DNA of 64,000 nt from Ascoidea asiatica JCM 7603 (Eukaryota > Fungi > Ascomycota), in NCBI GenBank assembly GCA_001600695.1, contig BCKQ01000004.1, forward strand, positions 1,435,205-1,499,204, in the 5' to 3' direction. Below, in pieces: positions 36,923 to 49,242 of this stretch. The stretch's first letter is position 1. Each line of letters begins with the position of its first letter. The position numbers and the translations under genes are program-made. The notes below the pieces were generated by a model. It worked only from the letters and a program-made list of their open reading frames with translations. It was not told where the DNA came from and did not search any database.

Positions 36923-37524
36923 TTTTATTTTATTCTCTTTTTAAAAATCATCTCTACATATTATTTCTTTAATATTCTATAGAAAATATTCTCAAAAAAT
37001 TTATCATTTATTACTAATACTTATTAGTCATTGTTTTTTTTTTTCGCTTCATACTTTATTCTTCATCTGTATCTTTGAATAAATATTAAATTTTTCAATG
37101 AATTGTCAATTTATCTTTTTCTATTCGCAAAAAATCAAGGCTTTGAACAACACATTTATGGTGAATGTTGGATAGTCGTGTTTATTAATAGAGCCCTGAC
37201 GCCTGTTGACGCATAGCCCAGAAAAATATGCAATTCTTGCAAACTTTAAAGAAATACCAAGAAATATTTGAAGAATTCAAAACTTTTATTGAAATAATAA
37301 AATTTCTTGGTTAATTATTGTTAAAAGAATACTTGTAAAAATAGTACCAATACAGTTCTCATTTCTAAAAACAATGAATGTTGACACCTAAAGTTTAAAT
37401 GCTCCAATTTTTTTCATTGATACCCTTTTAATGATATATTATATTGTTTCAATCATATTAATTTAATCAAATTCTTTTGCAAAAAAATCTATTTTATAAT
37501 TAAAATAAGTGAACAATATTTGAA

Positions 37525-38898
37525 ATGAAATATTTAATATCTGTATTCAGTCTATTGTATTCCATAAGATGTATAACCTCTTTAACATTAGATATAACTT
37601 CAAAAACATCAATATGTAATGCTGCTGCTTTGGTTCAAGATGGTGTTTTAGATTATTATCAAGGAACAACATATGGTGGTACTGTTGGTATGTTTGTAAA
37701 TCCATATTATTGGTGGGAAGCAGGTGAAGCATTTGGTAGTTTAATTGATGCTTGGTATTTTTGCGATAATGATACTTATGGAGATTTAATATATGATGCT
37801 TTAATGCATCAACGAGGTGATGATAATGATTATATTCCTTCAAATCAATCAACTACCGAAGGTAATGATGATCAAGGATTTTGGGGTTTAGCAGTATTAG
37901 AAGCTGTTGAAAAAAATTTCACTAATCCACCAGATTCTGAACCCGGTTGGTTAGCTTTAGTTCAAGCTGTTTATAATACTATAAATTCAAGATGGGATTC
38001 TGATAATTGTGATGGAGGTTTAAGATGGCAAATTTTTACTTGGAATAATGGCTATAGTTATAAAAATACTGTTGCAAATGGTTGTTTATTCAATATTGCT
38101 GCAAGATTAGCAAGATATACAGAAAATGATACATATTCTGATACTGCTGAAAAAGTTTGGAATTGGTTAGTTGATGTTGAATTTATAAATATTACTAATG
38201 GTGATGCAAGCAATCCATTATTTTATATTAATGATGGTGCTAATGTTGGTACAAATTGTACAGATTTTACAAGAACTGAATATACTTATAATTATGGTTT
38301 ATTTATATCTGGTTGCGCATATCTTTATAATTATACCGAAGATGAAAAATGGTTAAATAGTTTAAATGGTTTATTAACTACAGTTGGTTCAAAATTTTTT
38401 AAAGATGATGTAATGTATGAGGCTTCATGTCAAAATGCAGGAACTTGTAATAATGATCAAAGATCTTTTAAATCTGTATTTTCAAGATTTTTATCTCAAG
38501 CTTCAATATTAGCTCCAACTACATATGATACTGTTAGACCATGGATTGAAGCAAGTGCTTCTGGAGCTGCTTCTTCGTGTTCTGGAGGTTCAGATGGTCA
38601 TACATGTGGATTAAATTGGAATAAAGGATCATGGGATAGTAAATATGGTTTAGGGGAACAAATTTCTGCTTTAGAAATTATAGTTAATTTATTAGCTCCA
38701 GAAAAACATGCACCATTTTCAAACTCAACAGGAGGAACTTCAACAGGAGATTCAACAGCAGGTTTAGATTCTTCTTCTAATAAATATTTTTCTCAAAATG
38801 ATTTAACAATTACAAGTAAGGATAAAATTGGAGCAGGAATTTTAACAGCTGTATTATTGACAGTTATGCTAGGAATCTCCATTTGGATGATTATTTGA
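37525..38898 (+). CDS. GH76 alpha-1,6-mannanase/transglycosidase, DFG5/DCW1 family, GPI-anchored
   Basis: Motifs YYWWEAG, TEGNDDQGFWG, GGLRWQIFTWN and NNDQRSFK. Signal peptide and hydrophobic C-terminus. Confidence 0.93.
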   Translation: MKYLISVFSLLYSIRCITSLTLDITSKTSICNAAALVQDGVLDYYQGTTYGGTVGMFVNPYYWWEAGEAFGSLIDAWYFCDNDTYGDLIYDALMHQRGDDNDYIPSNQSTTEGNDDQGFWGLAVLEAVEKNFTNPPDSEPGWLALVQAVYNTINSRWDSDNCDGGLRWQIFTWNNGYSYKNTVANGCLFNIAARLARYTENDTYSDTAEKVWNWLVDVEFINITNGDASNPLFYINDGANVGTNCTDFTRTEYTYNYGLFISGCAYLYNYTEDEKWLNSLNGLLTTVGSKFFKDDVMYEASCQNAGTCNNDQRSFKSVFSRFLSQASILAPTTYDTVRPWIEASASGAASSCSGGSDGHTCGLNWNKGSWDSKYGLGEQISALEIIVNLLAPEKHAPFSNSTGGTSTGDSTAGLDSSSNKYFSQNDLTITSKDKIGAGILTAVLLTVMLGISIWMII

Positions 38899-39254
38899 TA
38901 AAAGTATATTATATTCTATTATATTATATCAAATTCAGTAACAATAATTTCAATTGTTATATAATTTCATAATCTTGGGGTCGTACCAACCAATAAACAG
39001 GAATTTTGGATTTAAATCCAATAGTAATTTGGCAGCTGTTGTTGGAATTTGAATATGAAGTAAATAGATTTTTGATGTGAAATAGATAACGATTTTTTAG
39101 TGATTTTATAAATTTTATAAATTTAATAGTAGTATGATTGTATAATTGTATAATTTAAAGTAAAACTCATTTAAACAATTAAAAAGTAATAATAGTTTAA
39201 ATAAAAAAAGGTATCAACTAATTAAATCTAAAATTTAAAATATGTAAAAAGAAA

Positions 39255-39328
39255 CGACCCCGGACAGGATCGAACTGTCGATCTTGAGATTAACAGTCTC
39301 ACGCCTTAGCCAGCTTGGCCACGGAGTC
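39255..39328 (-). tRNA. tRNA-Asn(GUU)
   Basis: GACTCCGTGGCCAAGCTGGCTAAGGCGTGAGACTGTTAATCTCAAGATCGACAGTTCGATCCTGTCCGGGGTCG. Confidence 0.95.
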
Positions 39329-39701
39329 TTAAGCTATAGCAGCCAAAAATATTAATAGCTGATATGCAGAAACTCAAATTTGATATAGTTGAATAGCGAT
39401 TTCCTTCTTGAAATGGGACATATCAGCTAAGTCTGACCACTTAAAGTGTTATTTCAACATACAAAACAAGAAATAACATGCCGAGATATGCCTCTTGAAA
39501 TTGGAATGAAAGTTGAAGGAGGTGTTGAGGTTATGAAATCTCGGGAAGATTACTAATAAAAAGCAAGAACTGATAAGACTTAAAGCTACGTCCTTAATTA
39601 TTAGTTTTTTATTTTACTTTCTAAAATACCAATCGAGTATTTATTGCAATTGATAAAGCTCATTACTTAGAAATTATTTAAATAATAAACAATATAGTAA
39701 G

Positions 39702-40775
39702 ATGTCAAAGATTGAGAATAAAAATAATATGAATAAGAATATTGAAGTACCATTTGCAAGAGTTGGGAACTCAGGATTGAAAATCTCAAGAATTATAGTT
39801 GGTTGTATGTCATATGGAAGTAAAACATGGGCAGATTGGGTAGAAGACGATGAAGAAAAAATAATGAAGATTCTAAAGAAATGTTATGAATTTGGATTAA
39901 GAACATTTGATACAGCAGATGTTTATAGTAATGGAGTTTCAGAAATTTTATTAGGGAAATTTATTAAGAAATTTAATATTAAAAGGGATACAATTGTTAT
40001 TTTATCAAAATGTTTTTTTCCAGTTAATGATCCAAATCTATCAAGAAATGATCCAAATATAAAAGAATTTGATTTAATTAATTGTAAAGGATTATCAAGA
40101 AAACATATATTTGAGGCTGCAGAAAATTCAGTTAAAAGATTAGGAACATATATTGATATTTATCAAATTCATAGGTTTGATCCAGAAACTCCACAATTTG
40201 AAACAATGAAAGCTTTAAATGATATTATTGAAAAGGGATACTGCAGATATATTGGTGCTTCATCAATGAAAACTTATCAATTTATGCATTTTCAACATTT
40301 AGCAGAATTAAATAAATGGCATAAATTCATTTCAATGCAAAATTATTATAATTTATTATATCGTGAAGAAGAAAGAGAAATGATTCCCTATTGTAATGAA
40401 AGTGAAATTGGATTGTTACCATGGTCACCAAATGCAAGAGGTATTTTAACTAGACCAGTTGAGAAGACTAAAGATTCGGTCCGTTTTAAATCAGATTTAG
40501 GAAGAATTAAAACTTTAAAAATCGATGGAGATTCAATTGAAGAATCAGATAAAGAAATTATCAATAGAGTTCAAATCCTAGCTACTAAAAAAGAAGTTTC
40601 CATGGCATCAATATCAACAGCGTGGGTTTTATCCAAAGGGTATTCGCCAATAGTTGGTATCAGCTCAGAACAAAGAGTTGAGGATACAATAAAAGCATTT
40701 GCAGTTGAATTAAGTAAAGAAGATATTAAATATCTAGAAGAACCATATTCCCCAAAGCCTGTTTCTTACTTTTGA
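39702..40775 (+). CDS. Aldo-keto reductase (aryl-alcohol dehydrogenase/YPL088W-like)
   Basis: Motifs GNSGLKIS, FDTADVYSNG, DIYQIHRFD, MQNYYNLLYREEEREM and PWSPNARG. Confidence 0.92.
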   Translation: MSKIENKNNMNKNIEVPFARVGNSGLKISRIIVGCMSYGSKTWADWVEDDEEKIMKILKKCYEFGLRTFDTADVYSNGVSEILLGKFIKKFNIKRDTIVILSKCFFPVNDPNLSRNDPNIKEFDLINCKGLSRKHIFEAAENSVKRLGTYIDIYQIHRFDPETPQFETMKALNDIIEKGYCRYIGASSMKTYQFMHFQHLAELNKWHKFISMQNYYNLLYREEEREMIPYCNESEIGLLPWSPNARGILTRPVEKTKDSVRFKSDLGRIKTLKIDGDSIEESDKEIINRVQILATKKEVSMASISTAWVLSKGYSPIVGISSEQRVEDTIKAFAVELSKEDIKYLEEPYSPKPVSYF

Positions 40776-41350
40776 ATACTTTTGAATACTTTTGAATACT
40801 TTTGAATACTTTTCTATATGTTCTATATCTATTATATGTATTGTAGTATTTTCATTTACATACTGATATCATCTTAATCATTTTTCCTCTCTCAATAAAT
40901 TTATGTGTTTAAGAATTTAATAGAAATTCACTGCGATCGAGAAACAAGACCCGAAAGACTGGTCTCTAGCGCCTTCTGATCCTGATAATTCACTCGTGCT
41001 TTCTGCAGCCGATTATCTTATCTTCTTATTGGGGCTCATTCTTGAAACTATATTTTGATCTCTCTCACTGAAGAATATATTTCATTGAAGAGCTTTAAAA
41101 TAATGGAATACATTTCATGCAATATTGGCTAATTTGATATATATTATACTTTATCTGATCTTTTCAGTTCTTTCAGTTCTTTCAAAATTATTTATTTACT
41201 CCTTTTGTTCCTTTTAATAGAAACTATTGGGTGCAGATTCTAATTTCCTTATCATAAATTTCCAGTCAGATTCATATTAAATTGAATTAACTTGGAATAG
41301 TTTTATCAAATTTAAATTCAAGTTCAGATAACTTTTTAAGTAAAAATTTC

Positions 41351-42619
41351 ATGATGACATCTAAATCTGATACTTTCATGTTAATTTTTTTTGTTGCTGG
41401 TCTTTTAATAACCGGATGTTTGAATTCAATCTTCACAAAATATCAGGATAATCAATGTGTATCAAATTGTGATCCAGATTCACCAGGTGATAAAGAACTA
41501 TTTGAACAACCTGTTTTACAAACTCTACAGATGTTTTTAGGTGAATCCTCTTGCTGGTTTATTGTTCTTTTAAATTATTATCTAAGAAAAAGAAATTATA
41601 AAACCAATGCAATATATTCTAACTCTTCTGCACTTCAACAATCCCTTCACCAATCTTTTCAACAAGATCAATTAGCAGCGAATAATGAAGATTTGGTTTC
41701 TGCATTTCATGAAAAAAAACCTGTAAACTTTAAAAATTCAAGAATTTTATCTCTACCTGCCATTTGTGATATTTTAGGAACAACTTTGATGAATGTGGGG
41801 TTATTATATACTCCAGTTTCAATTTATCAAATGACAAGAGGATCTTTAGTCATTTTTGTTGCTATTTTTTCAATTATTTTCCTCAATAAAAAAATCAATA
41901 AAATTGAGTGGCTATCATTGATGATTGTCTTTTTAGGTGTTGCAATTGTTGGTTTATCTGGATCATCTGGGTCGTCTGAATCTTCTGCTTCGAAAACACT
42001 TCAAAATGTTCAATCTTCTACTTCAAATGAATTCAATTTAAAAGTTATACTCGGAATTTCTTTAGTTTTATTAGGACAAATTTTTACTGCTTCTCAATTT
42101 GTAATTGAAGAACACGTATTATCCAATCTAAAAATATCTCCGGAAACAGTTGTTGGTTATGAAGGTTCTTATGGAACTATAATTACTTTTATTTCAATGA
42201 TTATTTTTCATTTTTTAATTGGTAAAACTCCATTTAATTTAATTGAATCATTTTCTCAAATGTTTGAAAATTCAAAAATTTTACTATCTTCAATTGCAAT
42301 AATGCTTTCAATCGCATGTTTCAATTTTTTTGGAATCTCAATAACAAATAAATTGTCTGCAACTTCAAGATCAACAATCGATACTTGTAGAACTTTATTA
42401 GTTTGGTTTGTTTCAATGATATTAGGATGGGAAGTTTTCAAATTTTTACAATTATTTGGCTTTATTTTATTAGTGTTTGGTACTTTAGTATTCAACAAAG
42501 TAATATTTATTGATTCTTACTTACCTAATTTTTTCAGAGATGATATTAAAAATATTGTAAATTTTGATAATGAACCGTTATTAAACTCGGTAGTAGATGA
42601 ACAAATTGAAAGAATGTAA
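41351..42619 (+). CDS. SLC35F6-like / DMT-superfamily nucleotide-sugar-type transporter
   Basis: Motifs FEQPVLQTLQMFLGE, LPAICDILGTTLMNVGL, SIYQMTRG and SATSRSTIDTCRT; ~10 TM segments. Confidence 0.85.
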   Translation: MMTSKSDTFMLIFFVAGLLITGCLNSIFTKYQDNQCVSNCDPDSPGDKELFEQPVLQTLQMFLGESSCWFIVLLNYYLRKRNYKTNAIYSNSSALQQSLHQSFQQDQLAANNEDLVSAFHEKKPVNFKNSRILSLPAICDILGTTLMNVGLLYTPVSIYQMTRGSLVIFVAIFSIIFLNKKINKIEWLSLMIVFLGVAIVGLSGSSGSSESSASKTLQNVQSSTSNEFNLKVILGISLVLLGQIFTASQFVIEEHVLSNLKISPETVVGYEGSYGTIITFISMIIFHFLIGKTPFNLIESFSQMFENSKILLSSIAIMLSIACFNFFGISITNKLSATSRSTIDTCRTLLVWFVSMILGWEVFKFLQLFGFILLVFGTLVFNKVIFIDSYLPNFFRDDIKNIVNFDNEPLLNSVVDEQIERM

Positions 42620-43133
42620 TTCAGCATATAAGTTGGTAATATTATTTCGTGTATTCTTTGAATATTTACTGTATTGAACATCAAATAAATATATAAAAAT
42701 AAATACAAAAAATTTAATACTGTTTTTTATTGAGTTAATCAACCATAGTTCCAATCGTAAATAGAGTGTTTTGACGATGAGAAACAGGTCACAAACAAAG
42801 TGTTTTCAAGTCGCGGGCAAGGTTGATTTTTTCAAATAAATCACAAAATATGTTGAGAGGTATACATGCTGTTAATATCTGGAGGTGTACTATCTGTCAT
42901 TGAATGATTTTTCTTCAATCACGTTTTGTTACATAATCAACATAACTTACCAATATCAAAATTTACTATTAGAAATATCCCTTTAATACAACCATTTGTG
43001 CTTTTTGTCGTACCTGTTTTATTGATTATTACCCTCCTCTAAATTAGACATTTTAAATTTGAATTTGACTAAAAATTATTTGATTTACTATACTATTGAA
43101 TTGAATTTTAATAGTAACATATACAGTAATATC

Positions 43134-43296
43134 TATTCATTATAATTAACTACTAACTTAGAATGTATATTATATAGATATGTTTCTTCGTTCCACTTTT
43201 TATTTCTTATATATTCATTATAATTAACTACTAACTTAGAATGTATATTATATAGATATGTTTCTTTGTTCCACTTTTTATTTCTTATATATTCAT
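43134..43296. repeat. Near-perfect 78 bp tandem duplication inside the piggyBac-like element
   Basis: Units start at 43134 and 43212 and differ by one base. Confidence 0.9.
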
Positions 43297-43651
43297 AATA
43301 ACACATATTCTTTTTCATCATTTTTAACCAATTTTATTATATTGATAAATATAATATTTGAAGACTAAATTTGATATTTGCAAATTTTCGTCAAATTACC
43401 CAAAAATATTAGCTGTGTCATACAAACGGCACCCACCCACACCTCCGACAGTTGCGATGTGTTGAAAAATTTGAGCGTATTAAGAATTGTTTAGTTTTAT
43501 ACAACAATGCGGCATTTGATTCCTGTCTAATAAATCTTTTTGTAATCACTACAAAAGTTCTGAGCATCATGCAACATTATTAGGAACTTTGTAATTAAGT
43601 TTCCAAGATGCGGGATCTTATTAACATTTAGTAAGAACTTTGGCAATCATG

Positions 43652-43850
43652 CAAAGATTATAGAAAAAGTAACAAGTTTCTGGGAAATTTTACATTTTTA
43701 CAAAAATGAAGAGAATTGTACAGGATTTCATAAGAGCTGTGTAATTATTACAAAGTTCTTAGAAAAAGTAACAGGTTTCTGAGCAGTTTTACACTTTTAC
43801 AAAAATGAGGAGCACCGTGCGGGATCTCATAAGAACTCTGATATGATTAC
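43652..43850. repeat. Diverged 99 bp tandem repeat inside the piggyBac-like element
   Basis: TAGAAAAAGTAACA...TTTTACAAAAATGA recurs at 43661 and 43760. Confidence 0.8.
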
Positions 43851-44279
43851 AGGCTTCTCCAACATTTTAATTTTCCACTTGGAACTTTGCTACGGTAGCA
43901 AATATCCAGCAGTATTAGCCGTGATGCTGCGTACAGCTCAAGTTTGTTCTGTCAGGTGCGAGGCGGACCAATAAGTTATACTCTTACTAGATCTACTAGG
44001 TGCTAAACACGTCACAGCAGGTTGTTGGTTATTATTACCAAAACACTTAGGTTTATATTTTAGCACCCAAATAATTATTACCTTTTGAACACCGTCCATA
44101 TTCAACCCTTTTTGTGTTAAAGAAGCACGTTCCAACCCGAGAGCAGAAAATCAAAAATATTTATTAAATTATTGCTATTAAAGTAATTACAAATTAAAAA
44201 GGGATAAGGTAGTACCATTAAAATCACGAAGTTCTGCGCGCCATTTAGGTCGTGGGAACTTTAGTGCATGAGCACAGTT

Positions 44280-46495
44280 CGGTATCAAGATATAGGTCAA
44301 GCCAGCAATGAGGGCCAAGGTGGGCAGAGCAGCTCGGACACTCAAAGCAAGAAAACAGGACCTTCAAATGCTGCTTAGCTAAGTAGCAGTAACTATAACG
44401 GGCTTTCTACGGGAATTGATCGCATAATGAGACGCCGGATTAAGCAGGCCTATCCGCGTCGCAGCACTAGCACCGGAGTTTTCCTGAATATGTTTTTTAG
44501 CCACAATATCAATATCACTGAACTCAACAAAACTTAGTAACTTCTTACTGCACTTTTTTTTTCAAAAGCACGTGACTGTTAATAAGAGCCACATCAACCA
44601 AAAATAAAAAAGACTACTAAAGCTATTTTTGTAAACCCTCAAATGGGATGTGTGACTTGCTCAGTATTGGTCGGCAATATCCACAAGATTCAAGTGCTGG
44701 TTGTACTGATCGATAACCCTCGGAATAGAAACTTACGTTTGATTACCACTTTTGAAAATTTCATTAATTGAAAAATTAATTTGCCCTAAACTTTTGGTGT
44801 TTGGACGGAATTGTTTTTCACAACATTTTCATTTAGGTCATGGGCCGTACTAATCCGGAACTCAATGTTTCTGCTCATTAATGCAAAACATGCAACACCT
44901 TCATCATATTGATATCCAAGTTCGTTTCATTGTAAATCATTCTTTTTAGTTTTTATATCGGACAAGGTTTTAGCATAGGACCACTTGGATCAGTTAGTAC
45001 CAGTACCCCGAATGTCAACTTTATTCTTTAACCATTGAAATAATTTAATCCAAGTAAAATGATTATCCTTATAAAAAAATGGTACCGGATTTTTAACCTC
45101 CGCCTTTAAGAAACTGCCATAAAGATTCTGGGTTTGTATTATTTCCACGGGCTTTCGGGCTGCATATTATTGCTTCATCCCGTCTGAACTAACTGCGGTG
45201 TTGCTTCAAGATTTTTCTGGTGAGCTTGCGGAGTCTGCAGATATAACCCTATATATTGTTACTCTGTTCAATTATGTGTTTATATCCTTTTCTTGTTACA
45301 CTGCTCAAACAATATACAATGTTTGTTATTACATTACCGAACTACCACAACGTTATCAGAATATCGTAACTAAAAAACTGTACTGAATACAATTTTTTTC
45401 GAGCACCCTATACAGCCGCAAAATAGGCCACATCTGACTTTGTGGCGCTAATGTTATCAAGCTTTTGGACACCAATTAAACGAGGTGGTTTGTGTTTTTA
45501 GCTGTACACGAGGGGGTGGGTATATCTGACTAGGCCATTGCAAACATTGTATACCTTAGATGGATTGGTTTATTCGTTGCAACCGTACTATCTTGGGATA
45601 TGCCTTTAAATTTAATTTTCACTTCATGAATGGACACGGATGATCCTAAAATAAATACTGGGTGACTTGTCCTAACAATATGTTTTGCCAAAAAACTTAT
45701 ATTATCCCAAGGAAGCGTGACATCAACTACCATCTCTGTCAGATGTGACACGTGCAAAAAAGCTCAATATTATTAAAGCTGTAGTAGCTCATTGCTGATT
45801 TAATAAACGAATAATTTTACCAATTTCTTTATTAGAAATCTCTAATATTTGTAATGTTAATTGATCCAAATTAAATGAGAATTCCCAAAAGAATTGTAAT
45901 GAATACTAATTGGTCAATCCACCTTAGGTGTCATTACCAGCAGTTTGTAGGATTTTTGCCATTTATTTAAAAGAGTAATCCCTTAATTATTAACATTAAA
46001 GTCAATTGTAAGAATTAAGCAATTCGAAATGGATAGCTTGAGTAAATACTTTTACAATACAAAAAAGGATCTGGACAAACCCATTCTTTTCCCGAGGGTA
46101 CAGCTAATGCGGAGCCACTTTTGTGTGTTTTTTTTGTGACCTGTATAAGGCGTTTTCAAATATTTTTTGGTTGAAACCAGAAATGTGGATGCCATATCAC
46201 CAGCTATAACTGTCAAAAAATTTGAAGTGGTGACGTTCACCGTCTGGTGAAGAAGTACCATCAATGTGGATTCATTCTGTCACTTGTTCAACACTTTGAT
46301 ACCTGGAGGAGGTAAGCCCAATTTATCAAGCTGCATATCACCGGGAATCTCATAAAGATCTGTCTGGTCAAATATATTATTAAAAGCATGTGGTTCGGTG
46401 TCAAGGAACAGCTCGTCAAGATCATATTGGAACTGTTCCCTGCAATTTGGAGTAAGTGAATTAACTAGCTCATTAAGGTTTTCTGGAATATCCAT
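44280..46495 (-). pseudogene. piggyBac (PGBD/DDD) transposase pseudogene with multiple stops and frameshifts
   Basis: Ordered motifs on the minus strand: LGILI*FG..IRDF...SAMSYYSFNNI..LH (~45750-45890); SVSIHEVKIKFKG...NKPI (first-D block, ~45560-45640); YSDN (~45355); RISTAH (~44850); PRVIDQYNQHLNLVDIADQY (44664-44723); LVDVALINSHVL (~44570-44600); CFECPSCSAHLGPHCW Cys-rich tail (~44300-44350). Confidence 0.85.
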
Positions 46496-46954
46496 TGGAA
46501 AAGCTATTGATTTAATATTTAATATTTGATTATTGAACAGAAATTTTATTTTGGGTTATTACTGGCTTTTTATATTGAACTTCCGCCAAAATTGACGTAA
46601 AATGGGACTGTGCATCAAGCAATAACACGGTGCGCGCAATAAAAAACACCGCATAACCAAATAAGACACTTGATGCTTACCTCTCAAACCAGTTTGTTTA
46701 TTTAGCCGGGTTTTAAATACCTTCGCCATTTGAGACGCACGTGCATCGGTGAACCCCAAACCGGGTTTACGACCAAAAGCACAAAAGCTTGTATTAAGGG
46801 GATAGTTAATCAATCTTATTCAAATATTTATAAACAAACGAAAACAAAACAAGAGAAATATAGATGAAGTTTTATAAATTTTATTTTCTTTGAAATTAAC
46901 AAAACACATCAATATTATCTAACAAGCTAAATCTAACAAGAAAACAAAAGCACC

Positions 46955-49039
46955 TCAAAATATAAACAAAACAAATGCAATGGAATAAAAACGAGAAATG
47001 AACTCAGCACATACTGGTTTGCAGTCCAATGTATAGAATAAACACGAAATCCTATTTACTTCAACCATATTTTTGAAATCCTTCTTGAGGGAGGGCTGCC
47101 GTTGTATAAACTTGTGAAGGCTCGTTACTGTATCATCCATAAAACAATAGCCGGCGTTTATTTGATGACAGTTGTGATGCCAGTATTGAAACGACTTATA
47201 AACTAATGCTTTGGAGGAAATAATTGAGTAGCCAAATGTCGTTTACTTATTAAATACCTTCTTAGTCACATAGCTATATTTTTGAAACAGAAGTTATAAT
47301 CAAAAACATATTGTGTTATAGAGTAGAACAAGGATTTAAACGATAATTATCTCTAACTCTGCATTAAATTTACAGTACGACGGAGAGTAAAATTAATTAC
47401 GACAAAATTAAAGAGAAATTTGAGATTTATTTCATGATATTTATTACATTTATAATTGTGAATTATTGAAAAAATAGTTGAGTTAAAAATTATAGTAGAA
47501 AAAAAATTGTTCTTTGTTTTTTGACTTGTTATCTTTTTTTGAAGATTTTTAATCATGTTCGATTAATAAATTTGCAGGAAAAAAAATAATAAGGTTAATA
47601 AATCTGTAAGCAATAATTTGAACTGGGATGGATGCTCTTTATATGAAAGGTAATAATTAAAAAAGAATCTGAATTACAAAGAGATATTGGAAGGGAATAT
47701 TTATATTAATACCGACAACACCAAACAGGAAAGAATACAATATAATACATATGACAAACATCTAAGTGATAAGTTTCAAAGACAGTATCATAATCTGAAG
47801 AATTACAATATGGTTAATAAATATGCCAACACATAAAGATTGCATCAATATTTATATAGTGATAGTTCTTAAATAGATAGTCAGAGGCTTTTTCTTTAGA
47901 AGTAAACTTATTAAAAAATAAATTAGCCATAATTACCTCATGCATATGAAGTAGAGAAATGACCTAAGTAAAGGTTTCAATATGTAAAGATTTATAATTT
48001 TTAAAATATGGTAATTAGATGTTAATAAATTTGTAAGGTAATAAGTGAGTAGGTGTAATCGAATTGGGTTTAATTACCTTTTTGCGAGCGGCATCAGTAT
48101 TAAACAAGTAATCATATGCCAAAGTTAGGATGAATTTGGAATCGGAATGTGTTTCTTCTGAATCATCTAAGGCCAGGGAATATTGGAATTGTTTCAGAGC
48201 TTTAGCCTTTCTCTTTGATACTTTGTATGATTTTCTGAAATTTGATATTGGTTAATAAGGGCTCTAATATAATCATAATAAATTTTATTACAGCAGTATG
48301 ATTTAAATTCAATGTAATTACAGTATGATAATATACAGATAACATTTTGTCGTTGAATATTTAATAAACTGAACTAGGGATTTAACATGAACCCATAATA
48401 AGAGATGTGGACCAATAATCTTTCAAATGAAATATTAGATTGAAAGCAAATGTTCTCAAATATCCATTCAACAATGCTAATTTGGGTAGTGTCATCAAGG
48501 GAGATCTGACGACCTTTGAAACCACTTAAACTTCGATTTGAAATATCAAAATAAAACAACCATGGTGTACCCAGATTAATAGCTAAAATATCAAGAAAAT
48601 GTTTGATGTTTGTAGGTTCAGATCCAATATCTTCCTTAATAATTACTTTACAATTGGAGTCATGATTTAGATAGCTTAATATTTTTTTTAAAGTTTTTGG
48701 AGTTTCAAGCAGTTCAAATAGTTCTTCAAATCCTCGAGTATCACATGGAAGTCCCGTTCTATCAAATTTGTTTTGTTCATCAAAGGATCAGATCAATATT
48801 TCACTTCCATAAGTACCCTCAAATTCATCTTAATCCTCATGAAATGCTATTAGGGCAAAATAACAGAATTCAGTTTGCGGTAACCCAGAATCTTCTTTCC
48901 AAACAATTGGAGTCTGTTCTTCAGCATTATTATTTTTGTCCCTTGATTGCCTATTAAACTTATATTCTTGATTCCTTTTTCTATTTAAAAACCAGATGTT
49001 TCTACTTCTAGTACCAGAATTTAAAATAGGCGAGACCAT
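46955..49039 (-). pseudogene. Decayed ORF, possibly a Merlin/IS1595(ISXO2)-like transposase
   Basis: Collinear fragments SIVEWIFENICFQSNISFERLL, IIFNSTIFSIIHNYKCNKYH..KFLFNFVV and GYSIISSKALVYKSFQYWHHNCHQIN..FMD..LH..SLKK..CAEFISRF resemble the ISXO2 motif order. The catalytic residues are not preserved. Confidence 0.35.
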
Positions 49040-49242
49040 GTTAATAAATTAAAAATATTGTAGATAAAGTGATCGATTGTAATATTGACAAAGAAAATTT
49101 TGGAAAAAAAGCAAAATTTGAAAGCAAAATTTGGAATCAAAATTTGGAAAATAGTGGAAAAACTAATTTCTATCAAGTATGGCCATTTCAAATAAATAGA
49201 TGGGTGGCCCGCCTAGGTTTTTATTTACTCATGAGTTGAAAA

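Larger units (their letters stand above)
42979..46801 (-). mobile_element. Decayed piggyBac-superfamily DNA transposon (~3.8 kb)
   Basis: Left end ATAT|CCCTTTAATACAACCATTTGTGCTTTTTGTCGTA. Right end TACGACCAAAAGCACAAAAGCTTGTATTAAGGGG|ATAG. Contains an internal transposase pseudogene. Confidence 0.85.

Noticed and set aside
43430-43446. Telomere- or Rap1-like CACCCACCCACACC (similar GAGGTGGGTGGGTG at about 63323)
   Set aside because: Too short and not tandemly repeated. It cannot support an interstitial telomere call.
48374-48559. Helitron Rep-like GPHLLLWVH peptide in an alternate frame
   Set aside because: No other HUH/Rep or helicase motifs nearby, and the neighbouring fragments fit another frame better.
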